From a virus: 64,000 nucleotides of DNA. The stretch is from positions 24,998-88,997 of the IMG/VR virus record IMGVR_UViG_3300020185_000025; one strand, 5' to 3'. The notes under the pieces are model-generated. The model made no database searches. It saw nothing but the letters and a program-made list of their open reading frames with translations, and had not been told where the DNA came from. Positions 56,003-64,000 of the stretch are shown here, piece by piece (the stretch's first letter is position 1; each line of letters begins with the position of its first letter). Position numbers and translations under genes: made by a program.

Positions 56003-56296
56003 ATGAATAATAAATTAAGTAATAACGGGGGATTGTCAGTTGACCTTACTCCGAGGAAAAGACATCCTAAAGATAAAAGACCACCATCAGCGATGCCGTT
56101 TGATATTGGTTTGAGAAAGTTTAAGAAGAATGTTGAAAAGGCAGGAATCTTAAAAGAATTGAGAGCTAGAGAATATTACGAAAAGCCTACGGCAAAACGT
56201 AAAAGAAAAAAGGCTGAAGCAATTAAAAGACATCAAAAGAAGATTCAATCTGAAATGAGAGCTTTTAATGGTAGAGGTCAAAGGCACTATAAATAA
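56003..56296 (+). CDS. rpsU: 30S ribosomal protein bS21 with N-terminal extension
   Basis: [39 protein letters not shown]. Confidence 0.92.
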   Translation: MNNKLSNNGGLSVDLTPRKRHPKDKRPPSAMPFDIGLRKFKKNVEKAGILKELRAREYYEKPTAKRKRKKAEAIKRHQKKIQSEMRAFNGRGQRHYK

Positions 56297-56338
56297 ATTC
56301 ATAAAACTATTGACATTAGGTAAATAGTTTGTTATAAT
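56288..56338 (+). promoter_or_regulatory. late plus sigma70 promoters for ncRNA
   Basis: TATAAATA 56288-95; TTGACA 56310 -N17- TATAAT 56333-38. Confidence 0.85.
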
Positions 56339-56344
56339 TGTTTT

Positions 56345-56528
56345 GTTCAGTGGATAAACCATGACGGCGAGATGGAATCGCGGAGTTAATAGCTCTACCA
56401 TTTAAGACCCACGACGGCTACTGAGTCCGGGAGCAACTTTTGAACTACCAACGGACTTACCGAGTGACTATGGTTGCGAGGTAGGACAACTGAGTAGGAA
56501 TCTGACGCCAAAGGACCGACCACTGAAC
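56345..56528 (+). ncRNA. 184-nt structured non-coding RNA (family unassigned)
   Basis: GC-richer ORF-free island; GTTCAGTGG (predicted +1) pairs with CCACTGAAC, then TC-T7; inner stems TGAGTCCG/CGGACTTA, CTACC/GGTAG, GGCG/CGCC. Confidence 0.8.
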
Positions 56529-56553
56529 TCTTTTTTTGAATGAGATTTATATT

Positions 56554-56967
56554 ATGGCATTGGCAAGAGGTCTAACAACGATTTCCACTCGGAAACGTAA
56601 AGTCAAAATAACTAAAGCTAAGATGGCTCAATACGAGCTTGATTGGCGTATGCATAATAAAAACATGAAGCGCAAAGGTTTACATGATTTGCGTTATGAT
56701 ACATTAGATGAATATATAAACTATTGTCTAGGCAAGGTTAAACCGAAGTCTGAGTTTAAACCATATACACCAACAGAATCATTTCGTAGAGAAGTACCAG
56801 AATATCCTTCTTATCATTCTACAAAAGGTTCAGGTCATGGAACTAAGAAAGAAGTACCGGTCTATACAGGAACATTAGTTAAAGGTATTGCTACGATGCA
56901 TAAATCAAATGCAGTACCTATTATTAATCAGGAACAAGCAACAGAAATATCGAGGATGGCAAGATGA
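56554..56967 (+). CDS. hypothetical basic protein
   Basis: YTGTLVKGIATMHKSNAVP motif. Confidence 0.75.
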   Translation: MALARGLTTISTRKRKVKITKAKMAQYELDWRMHNKNMKRKGLHDLRYDTLDEYINYCLGKVKPKSEFKPYTPTESFRREVPEYPSYHSTKGSGHGTKKEVPVYTGTLVKGIATMHKSNAVPIINQEQATEISRMAR

Positions 56968-57167
56968 CACTATATTGTGATTACACGTTTGAAATTAACG
57001 AAAGCGGACTAAAGTTAACTAACAAAGCAGAACCTGATGAGTTTCATCAAGTTCAAATAAAGAACACTCCACTTAATGTTGGAGATACATTCACTTTAGA
57101 GTTGGACGAAGACAACTGCATGTTCTTTAAAAAGAGCGGACCGGTCCAACTAAATCTGGAAATCTAA
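56964..57167 (+). CDS. hypothetical protein
   Basis: ATGA-coupled. Confidence 0.65.
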   Translation: MTLYCDYTFEINESGLKLTNKAEPDEFHQVQIKNTPLNVGDTFTLELDEDNCMFFKKSGPVQLNLEI

Positions 57168-57433
57168 TGGCAACCAAGAACGACATAACAGGCGATTCAC
57201 TAACAAGTAAAGCGTCAACTAAACAATACGATGATGGTTGGGATCGTATCTTTGGAAAGAAAAAAGCAAAGAAAGCTCATGAGGAAGAATTTAACTCAGA
57301 GTTTGCTCATCCAGTGTATACGAGATATCCTCATCTTAAAGACGATTTCAAAGCAAAGCAACAAGATCTGACTGAGTTGAATGGTGACGGTAATCGAGAA
57401 CGTGGTCGATACGGCGAAGATTTATCTGAATAA
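57167..57433 (+). CDS. hypothetical protein
   Basis: MATKNDITGD..Y.DGWDRIFGK. Confidence 0.7.
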   Translation: MATKNDITGDSLTSKASTKQYDDGWDRIFGKKKAKKAHEEEFNSEFAHPVYTRYPHLKDDFKAKQQDLTELNGDGNRERGRYGEDLSE

Positions 57434-57436
57434 CTA

Positions 57437-57465
57437 TTGACATTCATTATGAATTAGTTTATAAT
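57437..57465 (+). promoter_or_regulatory. sigma70-type promoter for ligase
   Basis: TTGACA-N17-TATAAT. Confidence 0.85.
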
Positions 57466-57495
57466 GGTACCATAAATTTGAAAAGTAATTATAAT

Positions 57496-58770
57496 ATGAA
57501 AACAGAACCATGGAAATTAATACAGTTACTTGAGAGAGATAACAGTCGACTATATAAAGAAGATTTGTTGTCTCAATATATTGATGATGAAGGTCTAGTC
57601 AAAGGTTTATTATATTGTCTTGATAATATGATTACCTTTGGTGTGGCTGATGTACCAACAAGTCAAAACGACGGTCCTGGTCTATTACCTGAGGATTTCT
57701 ATATTCTCGCAGATCAATTAAAGAATCGTGAATTAACAGGACATGCTGCTCGAGACGCAATCGTAGTCGCAAGAGAAGCAGCAACAAACGAACAATGGAA
57801 TGATTGGTATCGTAGAATCTTAATTAAAGACCTTAGATGCGGCGTATCTCTCAAGACAGTCAACAATGTCAGAAAAAATACAATCCCTGTATTCACTTGT
57901 ATGCTTGCCCACAGCGGCGACAACAATCCCAAAAAGATAACTGGTGATTGTGTAGTTGAATATAAGTATGATGGTGTAAGAGCAATTGTAATTGTTCAAA
58001 ATGGTAATGCAGTCATCTATTCTCGAAATGGTAAACTACTTACCAACTTCCCACATATCGAAAAAGCATTTAGTAAAAAGATCTTTGATGACTTAGTCTT
58101 CGATGGTGAAGTTATGTCAAAAGATTTCCAATCATTAATGAAACAAGTTCATCGTAAGGAAGGAGCAGAAACTGCAGATGCATATTTTGCATTGTTTGAC
58201 TTTCTACCTCTTGATGAATTCCAAACAGGCAGTGGTACATTACCACTAACTAAAAGAAAAGAATTATTGAAAGGCTTTGAACAGTCTGAGTATTTCAATG
58301 ATTGTATTGTCGTTACGAAATATGATGTACTTAATATTGAAGATGACTCTGATAAATTCAAGGCAATTAATAATACAGCAATAGAAGAAGGCTATGAAGG
58401 TATCATGGTCAAACCTGTGAACGGTATGTATGAATGCAAACGTTCTTATGGTTGGCTAAAAATGAAACCTTATATTGAAGTTACATTAAAAGTTATTGAC
58501 ATTGAAGAAGGAACCGGCAAAAATGAAGGAAGCACTGGAGCGTTGGTCTGTGAAGGAACCGACGAAGGTAAACATATCAAGGTTAATGTTGGCACAGGTC
58601 TTAGCGATGCTAACAGGGATGATATTTGGAATAATTTTGACGCTGTCATTGGTCAGCTTGTAGAGATACGAGCTGATGCAATTACAATCGCTCAAGATCA
58701 GGAAGCCTACAGTTTAAGGTTTCCGCGTTTTAAAACATTCAGAGGTTTTGAACCAGGAGAGAAACTATGA
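57496..58770 (+). CDS. ATP-dependent DNA ligase (gp30-like)
   Basis: EYKYDGVR, SRNGK, FDGE, FD, EGIMVK, WLKMK, SLRFPRF. Confidence 0.95.
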   Translation: MKTEPWKLIQLLERDNSRLYKEDLLSQYIDDEGLVKGLLYCLDNMITFGVADVPTSQNDGPGLLPEDFYILADQLKNRELTGHAARDAIVVAREAATNEQWNDWYRRILIKDLRCGVSLKTVNNVRKNTIPVFTCMLAHSGDNNPKKITGDCVVEYKYDGVRAIVIVQNGNAVIYSRNGKLLTNFPHIEKAFSKKIFDDLVFDGEVMSKDFQSLMKQVHRKEGAETADAYFALFDFLPLDEFQTGSGTLPLTKRKELLKGFEQSEYFNDCIVVTKYDVLNIEDDSDKFKAINNTAIEEGYEGIMVKPVNGMYECKRSYGWLKMKPYIEVTLKVIDIEEGTGKNEGSTGALVCEGTDEGKHIKVNVGTGLSDANRDDIWNNFDAVIGQLVEIRADAITIAQDQEAYSLRFPRFKTFRGFEPGEKL

Positions 58771-59039
58771 CACAATATGATTTTGAAGTAGCAAAGGTGA
58801 AGATTATGAGAAAAGCAGAAGAATGGGCGAAGCAAACAAAGACTATACATTCTCATTCAATGAGTTCTATGTATTATGATACTCATCCTGAAGATACCGC
58901 TGATAATAAATCTGTTACCGATGTTGAATATAACGATGGTACAATTGTGAGATCTCAAGGTGGAAAGTTTCTTCGTCAGTTTGGTGAAAGACTTGAAGGC
59001 GATGCTTTATACGATTCATTCTGCAAGAACGGAATATGA
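58767..59039 (+). CDS. hypothetical protein
   Basis: AGGAG RBS, ATGA-coupled. Confidence 0.65.
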   Translation: MTQYDFEVAKVKIMRKAEEWAKQTKTIHSHSMSSMYYDTHPEDTADNKSVTDVEYNDGTIVRSQGGKFLRQFGERLEGDALYDSFCKNGI

Positions 59040-59560
59040 AACTGTTCTTAGCAGCTATTGCCACTGTCTTGGCATTACCATCATCAGGAAGTACCTTTGA
59101 TGAAAAGGTTGGTCCTTTAGTTGAATATGAATCATACGAAGTAAAATGTTTAGCAATGAACATTTATCATGAAGCAAGGTCAGAGAACCTCGCAGGTAAA
59201 TATGCAGTTGCTGATGTAGTTTTAAATCGTGTACGTGACGATAGATATCCTAACTCTGTTTGCGGTGTTGTATATCAAGGAGAACATAAACCTTCTTGGA
59301 AGGATCCTCAGGTATTAGTACCGAAGCGTAATCGTTGCCAATTCAGTTGGTATTGCGATGGTAGATCAGACGAAGCAACTGAAGAAGATGCTTGGGAAGA
59401 GTCTATGGCAATATCATATAAGATTATACAGAACTCAAGGTTTCGTGGAATCACTGAAGGTGCAACACATTATCATACAACGTTTGTAAGTCCATATTGG
59501 GCTCCAACTTTACAGCAAGTAGGAACAATAGGTTCACATATCTTTTACCGTGCAGACTGA
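59036..59560 (+). CDS. SleB-like (Hydrolase_2) cell wall hydrolase
   Basis: CLAMNIYHEARSE, VVLNRV, CQFSW, GATHYH, IGSHIFY; signal peptide. Confidence 0.9.
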   Translation: MKLFLAAIATVLALPSSGSTFDEKVGPLVEYESYEVKCLAMNIYHEARSENLAGKYAVADVVLNRVRDDRYPNSVCGVVYQGEHKPSWKDPQVLVPKRNRCQFSWYCDGRSDEATEEDAWEESMAISYKIIQNSRFRGITEGATHYHTTFVSPYWAPTLQQVGTIGSHIFYRAD

Positions 59561-59586
59561 ATAAATAATACCATAATATATTAATT

Positions 59587-60168
59587 ATGGAGTTAACTAT
59601 GAGAGTCGCAGGTGTGGATTACAGTTTAAGTAGTCCAGCAATATGCGTACATGAAGGTGATGAGTGGAGTTATGATAATTGTACTTTTTACTATTACGTA
59701 AAGCAAAAGAAATTATTGATTGGTGAGAAAGGACAATATCAAGCAACAATGTATCCGGATAACTGGTTTAACGATCAAGAAAGATATAGTATCATTGGAT
59801 CGTGGTCGCAAGAGAAATGTTTTGAATGTGACTTTGTTGGAATTGAAGGATATGCGTTTGGAGCAGTCGGAAGAGTATTTCAAATAGCAGAGAACTGTGG
59901 TTTATTTAAACATAAGCTCTGGGAAAAGAATATACCTTACGATGTCTATCCACCTACAATGATTAAAAAGTTTGGTTGTGGAAAAGGAAACGCAAATAAA
60001 GAATTAATGATAGAAGCATTTGAAAAAGAAACTTCTATTGACATTCGCGAAAAATGTGGTATAATAACAAAATCGTGGAATCCTATTACTGATATCGTAG
60101 ATGCCTACTATATCTGTAAATATGGTTTTACTCAACTTACAGAGAAGAAAGATGATAGTAATATTTAA
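59587..60168 (+). CDS. RuvC-like RNase H-fold nuclease
   Basis: AGVDYSLSSP, IEGYAFG, P..IKKF..GKGNA.K, DIVDAY. Confidence 0.7.
   Translation: MELTMRVAGVDYSLSSPAICVHEGDEWSYDNCTFYYYVKQKKLLIGEKGQYQATMYPDNWFNDQERYSIIGSWSQEKCFECDFVGIEGYAFGAVGRVFQIAENCGLFKHKLWEKNIPYDVYPPTMIKKFGCGKGNANKELMIEAFEKETSIDIREKCGIITKSWNPITDIVDAYYICKYGFTQLTEKKDDSNI
60038..60065 (+). promoter_or_regulatory. sigma70-type promoter inside the nuclease gene
   Basis: TTGACA-N16-TATAAT. Confidence 0.6.
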
Positions 60169-60775
60169 CGGACCTCCAGCTTCAGGAAAAGATGAAGCAG
60201 CTAGTTTATATAAAGAAAAGTATGGATTTGGTAATCTGTCTTTTAAGTATCAATTATTTAAAGAAACAATCAAACACTTTGACGTTGATGAAAGATGGTT
60301 CATGGAAGGTTATAACGATAGAGAACAAAAAGAAAAGAAAGAGTTTGCTTTACAAGGTATGTCAAGACGTGAAGCAATGATCCATGTTTCTGAAGATATT
60401 ATTAAACCAAAGAAAGGTTTAGATTATTTTGGCAAGTCAGTTGCTAAAGAAATCGAAGAAGACAAAAATTATGCATTGGCAGACGGTGGTTTTGTCGAAG
60501 AGTTAGAACCTATTATAGAAAAGGTTGGAGCAGAAAATATTGTCATCGTTCAATTAACAAGAGAAGGCCATGATTATTCTTCTGATAGCAGAAAGTATTT
60601 CAATGGTAATGTAATTAGTGAAACAACAATCGGACATGCAACTCCGGTTGATAAAGCATATGTTCTTAAAGAAGAAATGGACATTAGAACATATCGTATA
60701 CATAATAATGGAGCCTTGCATAGTTTACACGATGCATTGGACCGTATACACAATGAAATTTATTGGAGAGACTAA
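60152..60775 (+). CDS. dNMP kinase-like P-loop protein
   Basis: MIVIFNGPPASGKD, SRREAMI..SE, DGGF..E, DSR.Y. Confidence 0.7.
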   Translation: MIVIFNGPPASGKDEAASLYKEKYGFGNLSFKYQLFKETIKHFDVDERWFMEGYNDREQKEKKEFALQGMSRREAMIHVSEDIIKPKKGLDYFGKSVAKEIEEDKNYALADGGFVEELEPIIEKVGAENIVIVQLTREGHDYSSDSRKYFNGNVISETTIGHATPVDKAYVLKEEMDIRTYRIHNNGALHSLHDALDRIHNEIYWRD

Positions 60776-60776
60776 A

Positions 60777-61745
60777 ATGAGTGTTATATATAAAGGTGAA
60801 GTAATCGAATCAGAACTATCCGCTAACAGCAAAGGCGGAACTGAAATGATGAGACAACGTTTAATAGATAATGTTGGTAAAGATGTATTGGAAAAAGTTG
60901 CAGTGCATTTATCAAGACCAAGAGATCTATATGATGATGTACCAAATATCTTATGGTGTCATGATTTATCAGAAGATCCTGAGAATCAGATATTAAAAGA
61001 TGGTGGATGGCAAAAATTTAATCACTTTGTTTTTGTGACAGCATGGCAAAGAGATCAATACATTATGAGATTTGGTATTCCTTATGGTATGTGTTCTGTT
61101 ATTCATAACGCAGTTGAAGTCAAGTATGATCCTAAAGAAAAGGATATGGAAACAATTCGTTTCGTATATCATACAACACCACATCGTGGTTTAGAATTAC
61201 TTGTTCCTATTTTTGTTTCATTGGCAAAAGAGTTTGATAATATTCATCTTGATGTTTATTCAGGATTTGAAATTTATGGTTGGGAAGAACGTAACGAAGC
61301 TTACAAGCCACTCTTTGCACAAATTGAAGAACATCCTAATATGACTTATCATGGAGTTAAATCTAATGAAGAAGTATTAGAAGCTTTAGACAAGTCTCAT
61401 ATTTTCCTATATCCTAATATATGGAAAGAGACATCCTGTATTGCATTACTTGAGGCAATCAAATCGCAAATGATTTGTATTCATCCGAACTACGGTGCTT
61501 TACCAGAGACCGCTGCCAATGCAACAATTATGTATGATTGGAATGAAGATATGAATCATCATGCAAATTACGCATTTTCGGTAACGAAACAAATTCTAAC
61601 TCAGATGAAGCAAGATCCTAATTATTTCCACGGATTTACTTTTTCTGATAGATTTAACCTGGCAAGGAATTCAGTTGCCAGTTTTGCCACAATGTGGAAT
61701 ACTTTACTAAGGAACATCGGAGATGTCTACCAAGAACAGGGATAA
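60777..61745 (+). CDS. GT-B (GT4-like) glycosyltransferase
   Basis: GGTE, WCHD, TTPHRGL, YP..W.ETSCI.LLEA, GALPET. Confidence 0.85.
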   Translation: MSVIYKGEVIESELSANSKGGTEMMRQRLIDNVGKDVLEKVAVHLSRPRDLYDDVPNILWCHDLSEDPENQILKDGGWQKFNHFVFVTAWQRDQYIMRFGIPYGMCSVIHNAVEVKYDPKEKDMETIRFVYHTTPHRGLELLVPIFVSLAKEFDNIHLDVYSGFEIYGWEERNEAYKPLFAQIEEHPNMTYHGVKSNEEVLEALDKSHIFLYPNIWKETSCIALLEAIKSQMICIHPNYGALPETAANATIMYDWNEDMNHHANYAFSVTKQILTQMKQDPNYFHGFTFSDRFNLARNSVASFATMWNTLLRNIGDVYQEQG

Positions 61746-62109
61746 CTTAATATACTTTCCTTCAATACATTCTAATCCACCAATTGACGAAGTGAGTGTA
61801 GCCGAAAAGATACGAGAATATAAAGAATCATATTCAACAGAACTTGCTGAAATTATTTGGGAAAATGTATTAGGCGAAATGGCAAGAGCAGGTTGTGAAT
61901 TTGATGAAGACTTTGAAACATATTTTCCGAGTATGATTTTAATCTTTGAAGCCATTCGTTCGTTACATCTACAAACAATGGGAGAAGAACATCAACTTCA
62001 ACCATTTGCCAAACAAAACGTTGCGATTCTCGATAGTGATGAGTCTCAAGTGGCTGGTGGTCTCAAAAAGAATTTAGAAGAAACCATTGACATTGACGAA
62101 GATCTTTGA
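61723..62109 (+). CDS. hypothetical protein
   Basis: DNLIYFP; EAIRS...G..H.LQ. Confidence 0.7.
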   Translation: MSTKNRDNLIYFPSIHSNPPIDEVSVAEKIREYKESYSTELAEIIWENVLGEMARAGCEFDEDFETYFPSMILIFEAIRSLHLQTMGEEHQLQPFAKQNVAILDSDESQVAGGLKKNLEETIDIDEDL

Positions 62110-62115
62110 TATAAT
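62087..62115 (+). promoter_or_regulatory. sigma70-type promoter for rnh
   Basis: TTGACA-N17-TATAAT. Confidence 0.8.
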
Positions 62116-62146
62116 AGTATCTGTAAATTTAAATAATGGATAAATT

Positions 62147-63004
62147 ATGATATTAGTTGACTATAACCAAGTTATGCTTGCGAGTCTTTTCGCAGGTATT
62201 GGCAATCACACTAACATGGAAGTAGATGAAAATCTCCTTAGACACATGTTTCTCAATTCAATTCGATTTAATCGTAAAAAGTTTTCCAAGGAATACGGCG
62301 AAATTGTAATATGTGCTGATAACACAAATGTATGGAGAAAAGATTACTTTCCATATTATAAAGCAAATCGTAAAAAGAATCGTGACCAATCAGACTTAGA
62401 TTGGAATGCTCTGTTTGATGTCATTCATCAAATACGTAGAGAGATTGAAGAGTTCTTTCCTTACAAGGTAGTATATGTTGATCGTTGTGAAGCTGATGAC
62501 ATTATCGCAACTTTGTGTATGGAACATGGTACTGAATTGAATAATGGATCCGAAAAGATTCTTGTTCTCTCTGGTGACAAAGACTTCATTCAATTACAAA
62601 GATTCGCAAACGTTGACCAATACAATCCTGTTCTAAAGAAATGGGTAAGACATGCAAATCCTCAACAGTATATTACAGAACACGTTCTTCGTGGTGATAC
62701 TGGTGATGGTGTTCCAAATATTCTATCAGCTGACAATTGTCTTGCTGTAGGCGATAGACAAAAGCCGATGACTAAGAAAAGAATTGAACTGTTTAGTAAA
62801 ACACCAGAAGAAATGGATGAAGAAACTAAACTAAGGTTTAATCGTAATAAACAAATGATTGACCTTACAATGATTCCTCAGGAATATAAAGATAATATCC
62901 TTGAGGCTTATAATAACCAAGAAGAGGTTGGCAGAGGACATCTGTTCAACTACTTCGTAAAGAAAAAGCTGAAAAATCTAATCGGCGACCTACAGGATTT
63001 TTAA
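62147..63004 (+). CDS. rnh: T4-type RNase H (5'-3' exonuclease)
   Basis: MILVDYNQ, WRK..FPYYK..R, EADDII, SGDKDF.QLQ, GD.GDGVPN. Confidence 0.95.
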   Translation: MILVDYNQVMLASLFAGIGNHTNMEVDENLLRHMFLNSIRFNRKKFSKEYGEIVICADNTNVWRKDYFPYYKANRKKNRDQSDLDWNALFDVIHQIRREIEEFFPYKVVYVDRCEADDIIATLCMEHGTELNNGSEKILVLSGDKDFIQLQRFANVDQYNPVLKKWVRHANPQQYITEHVLRGDTGDGVPNILSADNCLAVGDRQKPMTKKRIELFSKTPEEMDEETKLRFNRNKQMIDLTMIPQEYKDNILEAYNNQEEVGRGHLFNYFVKKKLKNLIGDLQDF

Positions 63005-63005
63005 T

Positions 63006-63452
63006 ATGTTAAAAGAATCAATTGCTGACATTCTAAATGCAGCTGGTAAAATCAAAGGTGTTAAGGGTAAAGTCGAGCATCTACAACAATTCGACGTTAT
63101 ACCACTAAGAGCAGTACTTCGTTTAATATATGATGAAAGTATTGAATTTTTGGTTCCTGATAGTAGACCACCATTTAAGGAAAACGATCTGATTGATCTT
63201 CATACTATGTTGTATAGAGAATCAAGACGTTTGAGAATTTTCTTCAAAGGTGGTGGATACGACAACCTCAACCAAATAAGAAGGGAAGCTTTGTTCATTC
63301 AATTGTTAGAAGATCTATATATTGCTGATGCTGCAATGTTAGCTGATAATGTGATCTCTCATACGCCAATTAAAGGTTTAACAAGAAAGACAGTTGAAGC
63401 AGCATTTCCTGGATTATTTGAAACACCACTCCCAACCCTCGGCTTTAAATAG
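63006..63452 (+). CDS. hypothetical protein downstream of rnh
   Basis: L.RE.RRL..F..RE.LFIQLLE. Confidence 0.75.
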   Translation: MLKESIADILNAAGKIKGVKGKVEHLQQFDVIPLRAVLRLIYDESIEFLVPDSRPPFKENDLIDLHTMLYRESRRLRIFFKGGGYDNLNQIRREALFIQLLEDLYIADAAMLADNVISHTPIKGLTRKTVEAAFPGLFETPLPTLGFK

Positions 63453-63470
63453 ATTATAAGGTAGGACACC

Positions 63471-63617
63471 ATGGCTAAGCGGACCAGACAAACCGCCTCT
63501 TCCGACGAATGGAAAAGTATCAAGCAAGAAGATCGTAAACGCGAAAGACAAAAGAAAGCATCTCGATCCGAAATACGCAAGCAAAAGTTATCTGAAAAAA
63601 GAACATTTTTATCATAA
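63471..63617 (+). CDS. 48-aa basic peptide
   Basis: Not in track; AGGA RBS; MAKRTRQTASSDEWKSIKQEDRKRERQKK... Confidence 0.6.
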   Translation: MAKRTRQTASSDEWKSIKQEDRKRERQKKASRSEIRKQKLSEKRTFLS

Positions 63618-63623
63618 AAACTA

Positions 63624-63652
63624 TTGACATTGAGCCTTTTCTTTGTTATAAT
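63624..63652 (+). promoter_or_regulatory. sigma70-type promoter
   Basis: TTGACA-N17-TATAAT. Confidence 0.85.
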
Positions 63653-63681
63653 ATCTATATAAATTAATAATGGAGAAAGAA

Positions 63682-64000
63682 ATGGATCATAGAGCAGATA
63701 AATTGATCCTTGTAGATTGTGACGGTGTATTACTTGATTGGAAATACGCATTCTATAAGTTTATGAACGAAAACGGCTATACGGTAATTACCGAAGGCGT
63801 TTACGATGTTGCCGAAACATTCGGTATTACGAAAGACGAGTCAAGAAGGCTTGTAAGACAATTCAACGAATCGGCAAGGATTGGATTCCTTCCTGGTCTA
63901 AGGGATGCTATTAAATATGTCAAGAAACTCCATAGTGAAGGTTATGTTTTTCATTGTATTACTAGTCTCAGTACTGATTACTATGCCGGCAAACTAAGAG
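63682..64000 (+). CDS. HAD-family 5'(3')-deoxyribonucleotidase-like protein (partial)
   Basis: GGAG RBS; LILVDCDGVLLDW, FHCITS; runs off window. Confidence 0.8.
   Translation, partial: MDHRADKLILVDCDGVLLDWKYAFYKFMNENGYTVITEGVYDVAETFGITKDESRRLVRQFNESARIGFLPGLRDAIKYVKKLHSEGYVFHCITSLSTDYYAGKLR

Noticed and set aside
49505-56296. Bacterial chromosomal contamination explaining host-like genes
   Set aside because: These genes are interleaved and coupled with phage genes and share the phage promoter motifs and base composition
56150-56401. 83-aa minus-strand ORF overlapping the ncRNA
   Set aside because: Antisense to rpsU and its promoters; the region is better explained by a + strand RNA
56345-56528. 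tmRNA, RNase P, tRNA or hammerhead identity for the structured RNA
   Set aside because: No tRNA-like end with CCA, no GAGGAAAGUCC, no CUGANGA/GAAA core, and too short for tmRNA or RNase P
23086-63004. Introns or inteins in uvsX, gp41, gp61, thyX, nrdA, nrdB, ligase, rnh
   Set aside because: All are contiguous ORFs of ordinary length with no intein splice motifs
4105-63751. Antisense and alternate-frame ORFs in the track (e.g. 5318-5590, 7802-8134, 11775-12179, 27485-27910, 52012-52422, 63359-63751)
   Set aside because: They overlap well-supported genes, lack RBS and motifs, and read like shadow ORFs
1-64000. CRISPR array or diversity-generating repeats
   Set aside because: No regularly spaced repeat-spacer series, reverse transcriptase or TR/VR pair seen; recurring repeats are promoters
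1-64000. Stop-codon reassignment
   Set aside because: Conserved genes are intact in the standard code, TAA/TAG/TGA all end genes, and there is no suppressor tRNA
1-64000. Cyanophage assignment based on heme oxygenase and bilin reductase
   Set aside because: No psbA, hli or cpeT in this window; ALAS, IscU, bS21 and the porin point to a heterotrophic proteobacterial host

Overview
AT-rich 64-kb segment of a large T4-like (myovirus-type) dsDNA phage, probably marine, in the standard genetic code. It holds the T4 replication/recombination core: uvsW, uvsY, gp3, topoisomerase gp52 and fused gp39/60, gp33, gp59, gp32, uvsX, gp41, gp61, DNA ligase and RNase H. It also has thyX, nrdA, a Grx-nrdB fusion, three tRNAs (Arg-TCT, Arg-ACG, Thr-TGT) and lysis genes (lysozyme, spanin pair, SleB-type hydrolase). 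Host-like auxiliary genes include heme oxygenase plus a PcyX-like bilin reductase, ALA synthase, SHMT, IscA, IscU, YbaN, GroES, ribosomal protein bS21, RimK, a TorF-type porin, a lipase, a PMM-type HAD enzyme and several glycosyl/methyl/sulfotransferases. I found 21 consensus sigma70 promoters (TTGACA-N16/17-TATAAT) and about 11 T4 late TATAAATA boxes. Main leads: (1) a roughly 17-kb late cluster of proteins with T4-style capsid-targeting N-termini and internal I/L-x-E sites, probably protease-processed, co-injected polyproteins, led by a nuclease/kinase/ligase-like trio; (2) an unannotated 184-nt structured ncRNA with its own promoter and U-tract next to bS21, of 6S RNA size; (3) a dispersed glycine-ALA-heme-bilin and Fe-S module whose hemO/pcyX and isc genes sit behind late-promoter boxes; (4) leaderless layout of bS21 and RimK. 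All gene calls come from motif recognition by eye. No database search or folding software was run.
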